Assembly (NCBI RefSeq): GCF_032191835.1
Contig: NC_083243.1
Coordinates: 118,792,001 to 118,856,000, forward strand
From: Heteronotia binoei
Taxonomy: Eukaryota
Reading direction: 5' to 3'
Length of the DNA: 64,000 bases
Both the position numbers and the translations under genes were made by a program. This document shows positions 24,981 to 36,974 of the stretch, one piece after another (position 1 is the first letter of the stretch; the number at the start of each line of letters is the position of its first letter). Below the pieces are notes generated by a model. The model had not been told where the DNA came from. It did no database searches and saw only the letters and a program-made list of their open reading frames with translations.

Positions 24981-26749
24981 GTATTTATTTTCAAAGCCAA
25001 ACATATTCTTAAATTCCTTAATCTTGATATAATCATATTTAGGATCTGAGTGCTTGATCCAACCATTCACACACACCCCTCAAAAAAAATGAGCTGACTT
25101 TTGCTCTGTACAATATTCAGTACACAATAAGCCTTTATTAAGGAAACTTTAAGGAGGAAATGAAAGGCACAGTCAATGAAATTTTGCTTTTAATATAGAG
25201 AGGAAGGGGGGAGAGAAAGAACACTGCACATTGGAAACACTCGTGATTTAATTTGCATGTAAGCTCTGATTTCATGACCAAGGTTTTCAGGAAGGAAAAG
25301 TCTGCTATTTTTTTTTTTGAAAGAACTGGATAGGTCAAGATAGCAGGCAGGGATTAATTGACATTTGCAAAGAAGCTTTAAATCTGAAGGCATAATAAAT
25401 CAATTTCTCTGGATTTATAAATCTCTCAAATTATTCTCCTATCCAAACATCTTCAGCAAATGGGCCCTTTAAAGGGACCTTTTCAGCCTTTTCTTGACTT
25501 TTGCAATATGCCAGCATTGCTCCAGTCAATTAGGGCTTAATTTATGAGTAAGAAGCCACATTTGTTACTCCCATGGATCTATCAAACTGGGAAGATTAAA
25601 GTTTATTAATTTGAATGCTGACACACAACCATGTCACTGGAGTTCATGGTCAGGGTTAAGTCAACTGTTGAGATGCCTCTAATGCTGAAGCAGAGAATCA
25701 GCTGACGCAAAGTCAGGTCGAGCAGGACTCTGAAGAGGCAGCATAGAAATATTCTATTGTAAATAAATAAACACTGAAGAGCCTCAAGAAAGGGGGACAG
25801 AAGCAAATGAATAGTGAATTTCCATAAGCAGGCCTGCAGTCTCCTTCCTGAAGCAGAATCACTTAAGGCCAGCTCCAATGTAGAAAAAACAGAGCAGAAT
25901 ACCCAAAGGGGAATCACATTCAAAGCATTTCATAGCCAAGTCTACATAGATCCAGCAAGGGCTGTCATGAGCAGGAATGGCAAAAATCTAGATAAAGATC
26001 AACCCCTGCAAAAAAAATGCACATTTGATCCAGGCTCCCTTGGTTCATGCCTCCCAGCTGCTGATGTCAACAGTCACCCCATCAAAGGATCACAGTCTCA
26101 CTGCTGCAATCCACTGAGGGGCCAGTCAACCAGCCCCACCCTCCCAAGCAGATGCCAACCATAAAGAAACCATGGGTGCAGCTAGGACTAACGAGACTAG
26201 CTGCATCAATCGGCTGGTCAATAGAGCCACACCATGCCAGCTTTCAGGGGCCTAGGATATTTAAGCCCTAGAAACACCTGACCAAGGAGGAACTGGTTGG
26301 AACTGCTCCTCTCTCGGCTGGACCTCCTCAGGAAGGTCAGAGAAAGCAGGGAGCATCCCAACAGGAAGAAGAGGATCCTGGTGGCGTGACCCTCTTTACC
26401 TCCATATCTGAGGCCTCTAAGCGGTAGAAAGCCCTGTGCTTTTGGACCCTCCCAGAACAGAAGATGTATTGTCCAACACCACAACTTTGGGGATAGATTT
26501 AGGAGTGTTTCACCAGACACCTGACATACTGCACCAGTATAATTTTTTGTGCTTTATCCTGTATGGAGAATGAAAGTTGTATTTATAAACATTTATAGCA
26601 ATGATTACCCAATTATATCTAGACAAGCTAAAATGGCCATTATTAAGCATGCTTTTAGACATGGCATCAACATTGTATGCCAATGCCCTGCAAGCTCACA
26701 GCTTACCTTACCAATTATAGTTGGCCCCACTTACCTTACTGTGCCACTT

Positions 26750-26751
<2 letters not shown>

Positions 26752-26814
<63 letters not shown>

Positions 26815-26890
26815 CAACAACAACAACAACAACAACATTTTATTTATACCCCGCCCTCCCCACCGAGGCAGGCTCAGGGCGGCTTACAAG
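26752..26890 (-). repeat. (AAT)n(AAC)n microsatellite at the tail of an L2 3' end
   Basis: ~85 bp trinucleotide run abutting ATTTATACCCCGCCCTCCCC...CTCAGGGCGGCTTACAA, the reverse complement of the L2 terminus seen at 17200-17262. Confidence 0.85.
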
Positions 26891-27162
26891 GTGCCATTGG
26901 AATTTTATTTAATACACTTTATTGCCATTGGAATTTCCCAAATCAAATGGGAAACCAAATGATATTATTTATTTTTCAGTGTTCATCCCCACACTCTGAT
27001 TCCAGGTCTTGTTCAAATATCAAAGCCATTTTTCATTGGTAATAGTTAAGTCAGTAGGCATAGACGACCACATCTGCCTTCTAAGGAACTATCCCTTCCT
27101 TTTTAAAAAAATTTTGAGCTGCAGTGTAGCAGAAAGTTTTATGATGCCAACCAACATAAGCA

Positions 27163-27907
27163 AGAAAAAGAGAATCGAGTAGTATGCACAAAAAGCTATA
27201 TTAAATATTCAAAAACACAGAATATGCAAAAAATACAAAAGATACAAAAGTCCCAGTTCTTATAAGTCCATAATGATGCAATATCTGTTAAAGATGCAAT
27301 CTTCAATTTCTTGTATGGAGTCACGGAGAAGAAAACATGGAGACCGGTTTCCAAGCCTTTCTCAATCATTACTTGCGACACGCATTTGCTGCATACACCT
27401 TCTCCTCTCTCTCTCTCTCGGCTTGGCTTCGCGAACGAAGATTTAAGAAGGGTGCAATAGTCCACATTTGCTGCAGGCTCGCTGGTGGCTGACAAGACCA
27501 ATGCGGGACAGGCAGGTCCGGCCACAGCGGCTGCAGGGAAAAGTCTGATTTGGGGTTGGTGCTGTAGCAGTGCGATTCTTCCTCAATCTCCTTTTGTCCT
27601 CAAGACCAGCTATGCGTGCGTTCTCAAAGGAAGAGACAGCCTTCTCCTAATGCAAAGTAAAAAGCAGTACAAGACCATATTCAGAAAATATGTCAATAAC
27701 ACATTACAGGATCAAACTGTACAAGAAATTGAAGATTGCATCTTTAACAGATATTGCATCATTATGGACTTATGAGAACTGGGACTTTTGTATCTTTTGT
27801 ATTTTTTGCACATTCTGTGTTTTTGAATATTTAATATAGCTTTGTGTGTGTGCTCGATACTCTGTTTTTCTTGCCAATCCATTATCGAGTATCCTCAGTC
27901 TTTACCA
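27163..27907. mobile_element. Unclassified element with ~155-bp inverted arms and 14-bp flanking direct repeat
   Basis: Arms 27161-27315 / 27720-27873 (core ~120 bp nearly identical); AACCAACATAAGCA at 27149-27162 and 27908-27921. Confidence 0.6.
27407..27639 (-). mobile_element. RTE LINE 3' end nested in the inverted-repeat element
   Basis: Minus strand encodes RTE C-terminal Zn-finger-like FPCSRCGRTCLSRIGLVSHQRAC; (GA)n tail; 9-bp TSD CCTTCTCCT (27398-27406 / 27640-27648). Confidence 0.85.
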
Positions 27908-28995
27908 AACCAACATAAGCAGGCATTTTGTACCTGTGCACTCTCCAAAGCTAAAATTGTTCTCAGGTAACTCCAAAATGATGTGAGAATTAGTGGGCTG
28001 AAACAAATGGCAGATGATTTGGGGTGGAGGGGGCTGAAAACTGACTCAATACTTTTACCCCAGTGCCCTCAATAACTGATTGTTTCACTTTTAAAAGCAG
28101 TGAAAGCAAGGACAACTTCACTGAACAATGTGGTAATTTAATCGTGTACTATATTTTGGATACCCTGATGATCTTTGAGATTATGGTAACTAACTTTGTC
28201 ATATGCATTACTTCACGTCACACCCACAACACTTTCAAATCTGTTTCCCAAAAACACTATGGCAATATATATAATGATCTGTAAACACTAACAGCATTTG
28301 CTTCCAATAACTATGTTTGCATTCACACTGTAAATATGGAAGGGTGTTCTCCATGTACCTGTCTTATCAGTTAACTATATAGAAATAAGAAAAGTTGTTA
28401 GGTTTTTAAACATGATGACTAAGTACTACTTTTCAATGTTACCTGGAATGACTATGAACAATAATAAAAATTCTCATCAAGAAACTACACACAATTGCGT
28501 TTATTTCTAAGAAAATGCTAAATATATTTCATGAAAGCGTTTCCCACTAATTTGATAGAACCCATATCCAATTAGGCCTTTTCAACTTCTCCTTTCATCC
28601 TGCAGTCCACCACCATGCTTTCCAAAAGGTTACCTCTGAGCATCTGGAGACCTTTAGGAACAGAGTGAGAGTTGCACTGGGACAAGGAAGTTAACAAAAA
28701 TCCGTTAGTAGAAGTGTGTTTCCATTAAAAAAAGACCTTGAAACCAACCTCATATGTTTTAAGATCAGGACTCAGTTTTCTCTCCTCCATTTCATCCTGA
28801 CAACTATCTGTAAGGAAGGTTAAGCTTGGAATGAGTGTTTTCACACGGTGACAGTTTGCAAGTGGATTTTACTATTCTTACATGATAAAAATCCAGTTGC
28901 AAAGCTCATTATTCAAGGTGTATGAATGCACTCAGTGTGTGACTGGCCCAAGATCACTCAGCAAGTTTCCATGACAGATCAGGTATTTGAACCTT

Positions 28996-29063
28996 AGCTG
29001 CCCTGAGCCTGCCTTCGGTGGGGAGGGCGGGATATAAATTAAATAAAATAAATAAAAATAAAT
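28996..29063 (+). mobile_element. L2 3' tail fragment within a SINE remnant
   Basis: GCCCTGAGCCTGCCTTCGGTGGGGAGGGCGGGATATAAAT + AAAT repeats. Confidence 0.7.
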
Positions 29064-30059
29064 AGGCCACCCAGATCCTAATCTGAAATGCTAACTACAG
29101 ACCCCTCCCCTCCCAAAAAATCCATGACTCTCTATGTGAGTGCAACACACACATGTGCCAGAGTGCATGTCTGGGAGCCTTTCTTCTGTTTCTGTTTAGA
29201 AACATTACCAGTGTTTGTGTGAGGAATGATGGGGAAATTACCAGTTACCAGAATAATTTCCACCTTACCTACAACCACCATCTGGATGGCAAGAAATAAT
29301 TAACCAGGTAAGAGTTTATGTTAGCTACATATGTTTGCTGGAAAATATGGGTGTGGACTGGATATAAAATGTAGGCATTTTTATACTGGATGTTGCCAAT
29401 GAAAGAAGGAATCATGAAGAAACTTTGGACATTTTATAGTTGCTGTCAGTGGAAAAATTCTTGGAGAAGTTTTGTAATTTTCAATATCAGTTATAAAAGA
29501 TATCCATGATAAACAATAGATAAAGTTAGCTTCTTACATCATTGACATTGAGCTGATGCCTTTGAAGCTGCGCTGCTTTGATCAAAACCTGGTAATAAAT
29601 ATATTGTGATTTAAAAGGGTTATATACATCATGTTAAACTCTCTGACAAGTTTGAGCCAGTAAGGTCCCAGGGTGACAAACAGCAGTCAAGTGAAAGGTT
29701 TCAGAGTTATATCTTCCAACATAAAGGGGACTAAGATTGTCTGGAGGCTTTAGTGTTGATTATACGAGAAAGAATGTATCTAGCAAAACCTTTTCTCAAA
29801 AGTACCTTGAGTGCCAGTCTTTGTGAAAAGACACATATACATGAAGTAAACACTTTCTCCAGAACCAAGGAAGGGTATACATAGAAAAAATAAAAAGAGA
29901 AAATAAATAAGTGATCAGTATTCCATTAAAAAAAAGTTTTCACTATTTTTATCCCAAACTAGATTTTTAATTCTTGTTCTTGGAGATTTGATTCAGAATA
30001 AATCACAACAATGTCATCTCTTTTATCCTTGCATCATGTTTTCAACCAACTTTAATATT

Positions 30060-30710
30060 TACTTATTAATTCAAGTATTTTGATCTTGCCTTTCCTTGTG
30101 CCTCAAGGGGGCTTACACACATTACAATTTAAAAGCAAGAAACTAAAACACCCATGTAACCCTCCTCCCCCAAAGAGATACCTGCAGTTTAAAAACTCTG
30201 GAAAATAAAATGGTCTTGCAGCGCTATATAAAAATTTCTAAAGATGATACCCCACTCACTTCATCAAGAAGCCCATTCCACAGAGTGGGAATGATTGCCA
30301 GTGGGAGTGATATGTTATGCCAAGTGGGCTATGTTAGATACATGGATCTTGGAGGCCTGGAAAGTCATAACCAGCAGCTTGAACTGGAGTCAGAAACAAA
30401 TTGGCAGCCAAGGAAGATGTTTTAGGCAAGATAAGTTTCCACTGACTATCCCCTGACAATAACTGGACTGACATATTCTGAATCAGCTGATGTCTCTATA
30501 TTGCACTTAAGGGTAACCGAACAGAGAGTGCATACCAACATTCCAGCTATGAGGTTACAAAAGAATGGAACACTGTAGCCAGATCAGGTGAGCCTGAGAA
30601 GGGTCACAGTTGGACAGCCAGGCGCAGATGACAGAAGGAACTCTTAGAAGGCACGCCTCAACCTGTTTTTTAAACAGACTCTCTATTGGACACTGAGAAC
30701 AGTGGCTCAG
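30060..30710 (-). mobile_element. Old L2-like LINE fragment
   Basis: Degenerate similarity to the reverse complement of L2 ORF2 C-terminus/3' tail. Confidence 0.45.
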
Positions 30711-30918
30711 AGGGCTGAGAACAGGTTGGGAGGTGTCCCGAATTGGGCCGGCACAAAAAGAGCCATTTGGGAGCCTCCACACACACCACAAGCTGGTTCC
30801 AGGGAGGCAGTCAAGTTCCACCTGTGAGGCCGGTGGACGTCTTCACGTGGCACTGTCTCCCGAGGGCCGGCCTAGTGTACCCCTTGCAAGTGCTGTGCAC
30901 TGATGCACGCATCCGGTT

Positions 30919-30932
30919 GTGCGCATGCGCAC
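30919..30932. promoter_or_regulatory. NRF1-type palindromic motif GTGCGCATGCGCAC upstream of the Harbinger transposase
   Basis: Exact TGCGCATGCGCA consensus; function not shown. Confidence 0.4.
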
Positions 30933-31279
30933 ACAAGCACTCTTCCCACCCTTGGTTGCCAAGCTTGGTGCAGGCAGTCCATCCCCAGCTGCGAGATAGG
31001 CGCGAGCAAAGAGAGAGACGTGGTGGGGCTGCTTGCCTGTGTTCTGGGATTGAGGCTGCTGGTGTAGGAAATCAGAGCATGCCTTGCCAGCGTGGCCAGG
31101 CAGGGCACCCAAAGGGGAGTGGTGTCCCAGTGGTATTGGGCTCATAGGAGGGCCAGAACTAGAGAGCAGCATGCTCTGCGAGCCTGAGTCCAGGCAGCCA
31201 TAGTGCATGTGTGGCAGGAGGGGGGGGCGCTCATTGCTGGTGGGCCTACCCGCGGTGCTCCTAGTGGTGGGAGAGCTTC

Positions 31280-32430
31280 GTGTGCCGAGTCTGGGATGAT
31301 GAGCAGTGGCTGTTCCACTTCCGAGTGACCTGGAGCACATTCACTTGGCTGATGGAGCCACAGATCGCACGCCCACAGATCGCCCACCAGCAGACGGTCA
31401 TGAGGGCGACAATTGCACCCGAGGAGCGGCTGGTCATCACCATGTGGTTCCTGGCCACAATTGGAGACTACAGAGAGGTCAGCAACCGGTTTGGTGTCAG
31501 GCGCTCCACCGTGCAGAAATTGTGGCAGAGGTGTGTCGGGCCATCGACAATGTGCTGCTGACAGCCACAATGCATCTCTGGTCCATAAGAGAGGCAAGGA
31601 TCTCACATGCCCTCCTCGGGCACCTGGCATCCGCAGTGTCAGGGCCACCGGAGGTCACATTCCCCTGTCCACAGGGGTGGCAGCAGCGACCTAGCAGGGC
31701 AGGCAAGACAGCCCTGGGAGGGAGGGGAGGGAAGCTGCCATCTCACCCGCGTCCACTCTCCTTTCCATTGCTAGGTGATGGACAGGTTCGCTGTGATATC
31801 TTACCCCCACTGTGTGGCTGCCGTGGATAGATGTCACATCCTGGTGCGGGCCCCCCCCCCCAGCCATGAAGGGAGATACAGGAACAGGAGAGGCTTCCAC
31901 TCTGTGATTCTGCAAGGCGCCGTGGACCATGAGGGTCATTTCATCGATGTCAACGTGGAACAACCCGGTAGGGACAACAATGTCCACGTGTTCTGGCACT
32001 CACATCTGTGCCTGTTTGTGCGTGGCAATCCCACGATCACCATAGGTGGTGTCCATCTGCCCCCCCCTCATGGTAGCTGATGCGGCGTACCCAATCCAGC
32101 GGTGGCTAATGACTCCCTACAAGAGCCCATGGAATCGCCGGGAGGCGCTGTACAACAGGGTGCACAGCAGGGTGTGGAATGTGGTGGAGTGAGTGGTCAT
32201 TTGAGCGGCTCAAAGCGTGTTGGCACTGTCTCATGTTACGCCTGGAGGTCCATGCAGAGAACTTCATCCCTGTCATCGTCGCCTGTGTGGTCCTGCACAT
32301 TTGAGAGGAGCAAGGGCATGCCCTGATTCTATGGGCAGGGGAGAGGGAGCCCGCCCGCGTGCCACCCCTGACCCTGCCACAATGAGTGTGGCACAGCAGG
32401 CAGCAGATTGAGGGGCAGCAGTTGCGGGCG
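31280..32430 (+). pseudogene. Harbinger (HARBI1-like, DDE_Tnp_4) transposase pseudogene
   Basis: HFRVT..TF, IAPEERLVITMWFLAT.GDYREVSNRFGV (HTH), AVD.CHI, YRNRRGFHSVILQGAVDH, ADAAYP...WLMTPY, YNR.HSR..NVVE motifs across frameshifts. Confidence 0.9.
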
Positions 32431-32540
32431 GCGATCACCACATGGGTGCTCAGGTGACGCCAGTGGTGAGGCACATGGGCAAGGGTCCCCAACGCATTCC
32501 GCAACTGCCCCAAGGGCCAACATTGCTCTGGCGGCCCCAT

Positions 32541-32820
32541 GAAGAAGAAGAAGATATTGGATTTATATCCCGCCCTCCACTCCGAAGAGTCTCAGAGCGG
32601 CTCACAATCTCCTTTACCTTCCTCGCCAACAACAGACACCCTGTGAGGTAGGTGGGGCAGAGAGGACTCTCACAGCAGCTGCCCTTCAAAGGACAACCTC
32701 TGCCAGAGCTATGGCTGACCCAAGGCCATTCCAGCAGCTGCAAGTGGAGGAGTGGAGAATCAAACCCGGTTCTCCCAGATAAGAGTCCGCACACTTAACC
32801 ACTACACCAAACTGGCTCTC
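32541..32820 (-). mobile_element. tRNA-derived SINE (Sauria/Squam-like), full length
   Basis: Minus strand has A box TGGTGTAGTGG, B box GGTTTGATTC and a (CTT)n tail. Confidence 0.9.
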
Positions 32821-33564
32821 CGTTGGAACCTTTGGAGTCCCAGGAGCGGATGAGGGTTGAGAGTGAAACGATGGAGAATGTGAAAAGAACGGTTAGATTG
32901 TAATAAGCTTTGGCTTGGATAAAACATTGGAAGCGCAACAGGGAAAATTCAATTGCCTAATCCTGTCGCATAATGTATTTCTTGTATTTGCTGCTAAAAA
33001 TAGAACATACGCAGGTGAAGAGGAGTATTTTTTGTGGAGAAGTCATATAAATTTTGTAGAAGCCACACTTTTCTAAATCTTCGGGCTTCTGTGGAATAAA
33101 TCTGAGTTGAATTAGAAACGTGTTCATGTTGACTTTATTCTTCCCATGACTATTTGGAGGCTGATATACACACGGAAGCCATGTGGGTCTGTTTTCCTTC
33201 GCTCCACCGGAAGGGGCAGGGGGCAGCCCAGGACCAGGGTCCACATCTTCCGTGAGGCCTCAGCTGCCCAAGGCCAGGGGGAGGGGGGATAGCCTTCCCC
33301 ATGGGGCACGGGGCACTTGCAGCAGCCTCGGCATGCCCCCGTCCCTTCCCCTGCCTCCCCACCTGGGGAAGGGGCCAAGTGCATCACGGAGGCAGAGGGC
33401 CGGTGCCGCTGCGGTGGGGGACCAGCAGCAAGGTGCACGCTGAGGGGAAAGGGCTGGGTGCATGCCCTCAGGAGCCTTCCTTGGGGGGCCGCCCAGCCGG
33501 CCGGCGAGCATGCCGCAGTGGGCCATTGCGCCCCTCTGGCCCACCGGAAGGCCTTGGCGTGAAA

Positions 33565-34030
33565 ATGGCCCACTCCACTATTTCCTGCCGACAATGCACA
33601 TGTGCTGAAGCGCACAACAGCCAGCGTGTCCCGCTCGAGATGATGGAGGAGCCAAGGCACGTTGTGTTCTGGCAGGAGCAGGAGGTGACCCTGCTGCTCA
33701 CCACCCTGCTGGAACGCGGGGTGGGACACAGGGTCATGCACAGCACCCCCCTGCCCACCCTGGCAATCTTCCGTGAGACTGCCCATGTCCTTCAAGAGGC
33801 CAGGTATGCCCGCAATGTTGCCCAATGTTGGGCGAAATTCAAGCAGAAGGCCCATTTTTGGAGGCCATGGAGGACTCCTCCCCGAACAATCAAGAGGGAC
33901 CCCCCCCTCCAGGTAGGTGCGGCATTGGCCCTGCCCAGAGGATTGGCAGGTTCTGGGACCTGAGAAAGAAGGTGTATGTGGGTTCAGCCAAGGCTACCCT
34001 CGGGTGGCTGTGCTGGGGGAGGGCTGCCCC
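33565..34030 (+). pseudogene. Myb/SANT-like DNA-binding ORF #1 of the Harbinger element
   Basis: FWQEQEVTLLL...IFRETAHVLQEARYARNVAQCWAKFKQ trihelix pattern, then a frameshift into FLEAMED...FWDLRK. Confidence 0.7.
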
Positions 34031-35460
34031 CATTGGCCTGTGGGCCACCCTCCCCATAGGCGGGATGCACACACCCAGTCCTGGTGCAGGGACACAGGCC
34101 ATGGTTTGTCTCCCCTGCCTGACCCCCCCATCCTCTGGCAGAGCCTGCAGAGCAGCCGCCGCCACCCATAGTGGTCGGCTCCATGCTGGAGGAGAGCCCC
34201 GCAGGTAGGCACCAGTGCAATGCGGGCAGGCTTGCAGGTGGCCAGCGGGGCCTCGCATGGGGTGGGTGGCCCCGGGCGGCAGGCCAATTCTGGCATGGGG
34301 CCGCCCGGCCACACCACCACTATATGGTGCAAGGGCCCCTCGGGGCGGGGCCGACAGTGTGCATGTGCTATCTCAACCAAGAGCCAGATGTGGTGCTGGC
34401 CGAAGATGAGCCGGCAGAGGAGGCGCCAGCCAAGGACAAGCTGGCTGCTGCGGGGCAGATCCTCACTCCAGAGGTCCCAATCGTGATAGGATCGACGACG
34501 GAGTCCAGAAATGATATGCACCCTTGAAGGGGTCAGTATACACTCCTGCAGCTCTAGGGGGATGCTCTCTTACCACTGGCCTTCTGCCCAGAGGTGACCC
34601 TGCTCCAGCCCTGCCCATCCCGGCTGCAGATGATGGTGCACCCCTGCCACCTGCTGCTGCCATCATCGTCGCCCAGCTGCAGCAGCAGTGTGAGTGCTCA
34701 GCCCAACCCCACTCCTAGTGGGCTCAGGGTGGGTGGCCAGGCTGCTGGGCAGGCTTGCAGCTGGCCAGCGCACTGGTGGCTGCATCCTCAGGCCTGAGGT
34801 GGTGGCCCTCTCCCACCCTCATGTCTGCCCAGTAGAGGACGTAACACCTTGTCCTCGCTTTGTCCCACCAGACCAGTGTGTCCTCCAGCTCCTTGGCGGC
34901 CATCAACAACTCCTGCTGTGACATCTGGGAGCATCATGCCATGGTGGGCCTGCCACCGCATCCCAAGCACACGGAGAGCGACATGCCTTCCGGACCTCCC
35001 AGCCAGGCAGAGTGACGTGGGGCACAGTGTACCTGGCCGCCCCCTGACAACCCATGTCCCTGCACACATGCACACCCTCAGGATGACCACTCACTGTGTT
35101 TTAATGCCTTTATTTTATCCTTCCTTCCCCCCTCTCCCCGCGCACACTCCCTCCCTCACACTCTGTAAACCAAATGCATACCCAATAAACCCAGTTCTTT
35201 GACAACACCATGACTTGTGTGTGTTGAGGGGGGCAAATCATGAGCTGCTCTCCATCAGAGGGTTCTGAGGGTGGACTGGGGCCCCCCTGGCCACTCCAAG
35301 GCTGGCTGAGCCATCTCAGCTCATGGGGCTCGGCTGTACTGCAGCTTTTTCTGGGGGGTGTGCCGGGTACTCCTCCAGCCAGTCCTGCTACTGTAGTCTG
35401 CCATGGCTCCCGGGGACCCAGGCTCTGCCTCAGGCATTGGCAGCCTCCCACATGCGGCAG

Positions 35461-36974
35461 TCAGGGTCTCCTCACTCTAGCTGGCCACATCAATGCCCCC
35501 CTCACTGGTGGGGGCAACATCCATGGTGGGAAGACCACTCGGGCTGCCATAGCAGTAGCCTGCACCTCCACCGCACATGTTGCTACAGCTTCTCTCAGCC
35601 CCCCCGGAGCCCCTATGGATGTGGCCAGTGCATCCAGTAAGTCCATGGTGCCAGTAAGGGCATCCACTATGGCCTGATGACTTGCTTTTTTCTTCTCTTG
35701 GCCCCTCCACAGTGCCTCCAAATACTCCTGGTGCTCCATCCTGGTAGCTGCCTCTGACTCATCATGGTTTCTGTCTGCCTGCTCCGGCAGTTCCCTGGGT
35801 GTTTCCCCATGTGGCCACACCTGGCTGGGGCTCGAGCTCCACCTGAGTCTCATCATCATCGGGATCCTCATGCAGCATGGGGTCCTCGCTGTCTCTGCCC
35901 ATCATATGGTCGGATGTTTCTGCAAAGGGTGACAGACAGCTGTAAGACACAGTTGGGATCCCGGGGCCCGTGCCATGGGTGCCTTGGGCACTTCTAGCCT
36001 CCACTCTCCCAGGATCATGTCCCAATGCCGCCTGCGGCCGCGGTCCCCGTCCCAGGGCCAGGCTGAAGACCCCAGGGGGCTAAATGGCTGCAGACCTCAT
36101 GGTTGGCAGACAGTGGGGTGCACTATCAGGGTGGGGGCCCATGGTGCCAGAGCAAAGGGTGGCCTCACCCAGAGGCTGGGGGGCCCGATCAGGGATGCAT
36201 GTCTCCTTGGCACTGCTGCTGCCTGCATGCAGCAACCACCTGCCCCCTGGCCAGCAGCGGCCCAATGGGTACAGAAGCCACAGCAGCCTTGCAGCCTATG
36301 CTGTGCTGCCTCCATGGACACAGCCAGTGGGGGGACTGCTGGGGACAGGACCATCACACTGCACATGACCCATTGCCTCTGGCAGGTGTCCGGGCTGAGG
36401 GTTCACCTGCATCCTGCAGCCACCCCACCCTTTGGTTCCCATCTTCCACCACCACCACCCCAAGAGGTGCCCTGTGGGTCGCTGCAGGAGGGGGGCTGAC
36501 GGCTCTGTGGTGGGCTACCTCTTGCCTGGCACCAAGATATCAAGCTGGCTGTCCTCCCTCTCTGACTCCAGGCCCAGGCGGGAGCCTGTCCCCGCACCCA
36601 AAGCCATGGCTTGCAGTAGCCGCTGCACTCTGCAGAGGGAAGCTATCCTGGACCCTCTGTGAGCTAATAGTGGCATTGCCCCCCAGGATTCTATGCAGCT
36701 CTTCGTAATAGGTACACCTCCTCTGGTCATTCCCAGCCGTGGTGTTGTATGCCAGGGTGTCCTTATACTCCATCCGGAGGTTCTTAGTCTTCTTCCTGCA
36801 TTCTGCAGGGGACCGGGAGTTACCCTGAGCTGGCAAATCCCTGGCAATGTCCTCAAAAATTTTGAAGTTGCAGTGACTCTGCCATAGGCACGCCTGCACC
36901 TCTGGCCACCCCCAAGAGGCTAGGAGAGTCAGAACCTCCTCTCTCCTCCAACCAGGCCCTCTGACCCCAGCCAT
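35461..36974 (-). pseudogene. Myb/SANT-like DNA-binding ORF #2 (N-terminal domain 36974-36680; coiled-coil segment ~35871-35600)
   Basis: WRREEVLTLLASW...IFEDIARDL..QGNSRSPAECRKKTKNLRMEYK...CTYYEELHRILG (MSANTD/ZSCAN29-type); downstream EAATRMEHQEYLEALW...LLDALATSI coiled coil. Confidence 0.85.

Noticed and set aside
25814-26164. 116-aa plus-strand ORF
   Set aside because: GTG start, no recognisable domain, no convincing splice sites
26549-26962. Poly-Asn / poly-Ile ORFs
   Set aside because: Translation of the (AAT)n(AAC)n microsatellite
28063-28131. Possible plus-strand exon (VPSITDCFTFKSSESKDNFTEQC)
   Set aside because: Plausible splice sites but no partner exons or homology
31280-32430. 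Calling the transposase the host gene HARBI1
   Set aside because: Multiple frameshifts and stops, and it lies within a TIR-bounded element with Myb ORFs, so it is a transposon copy
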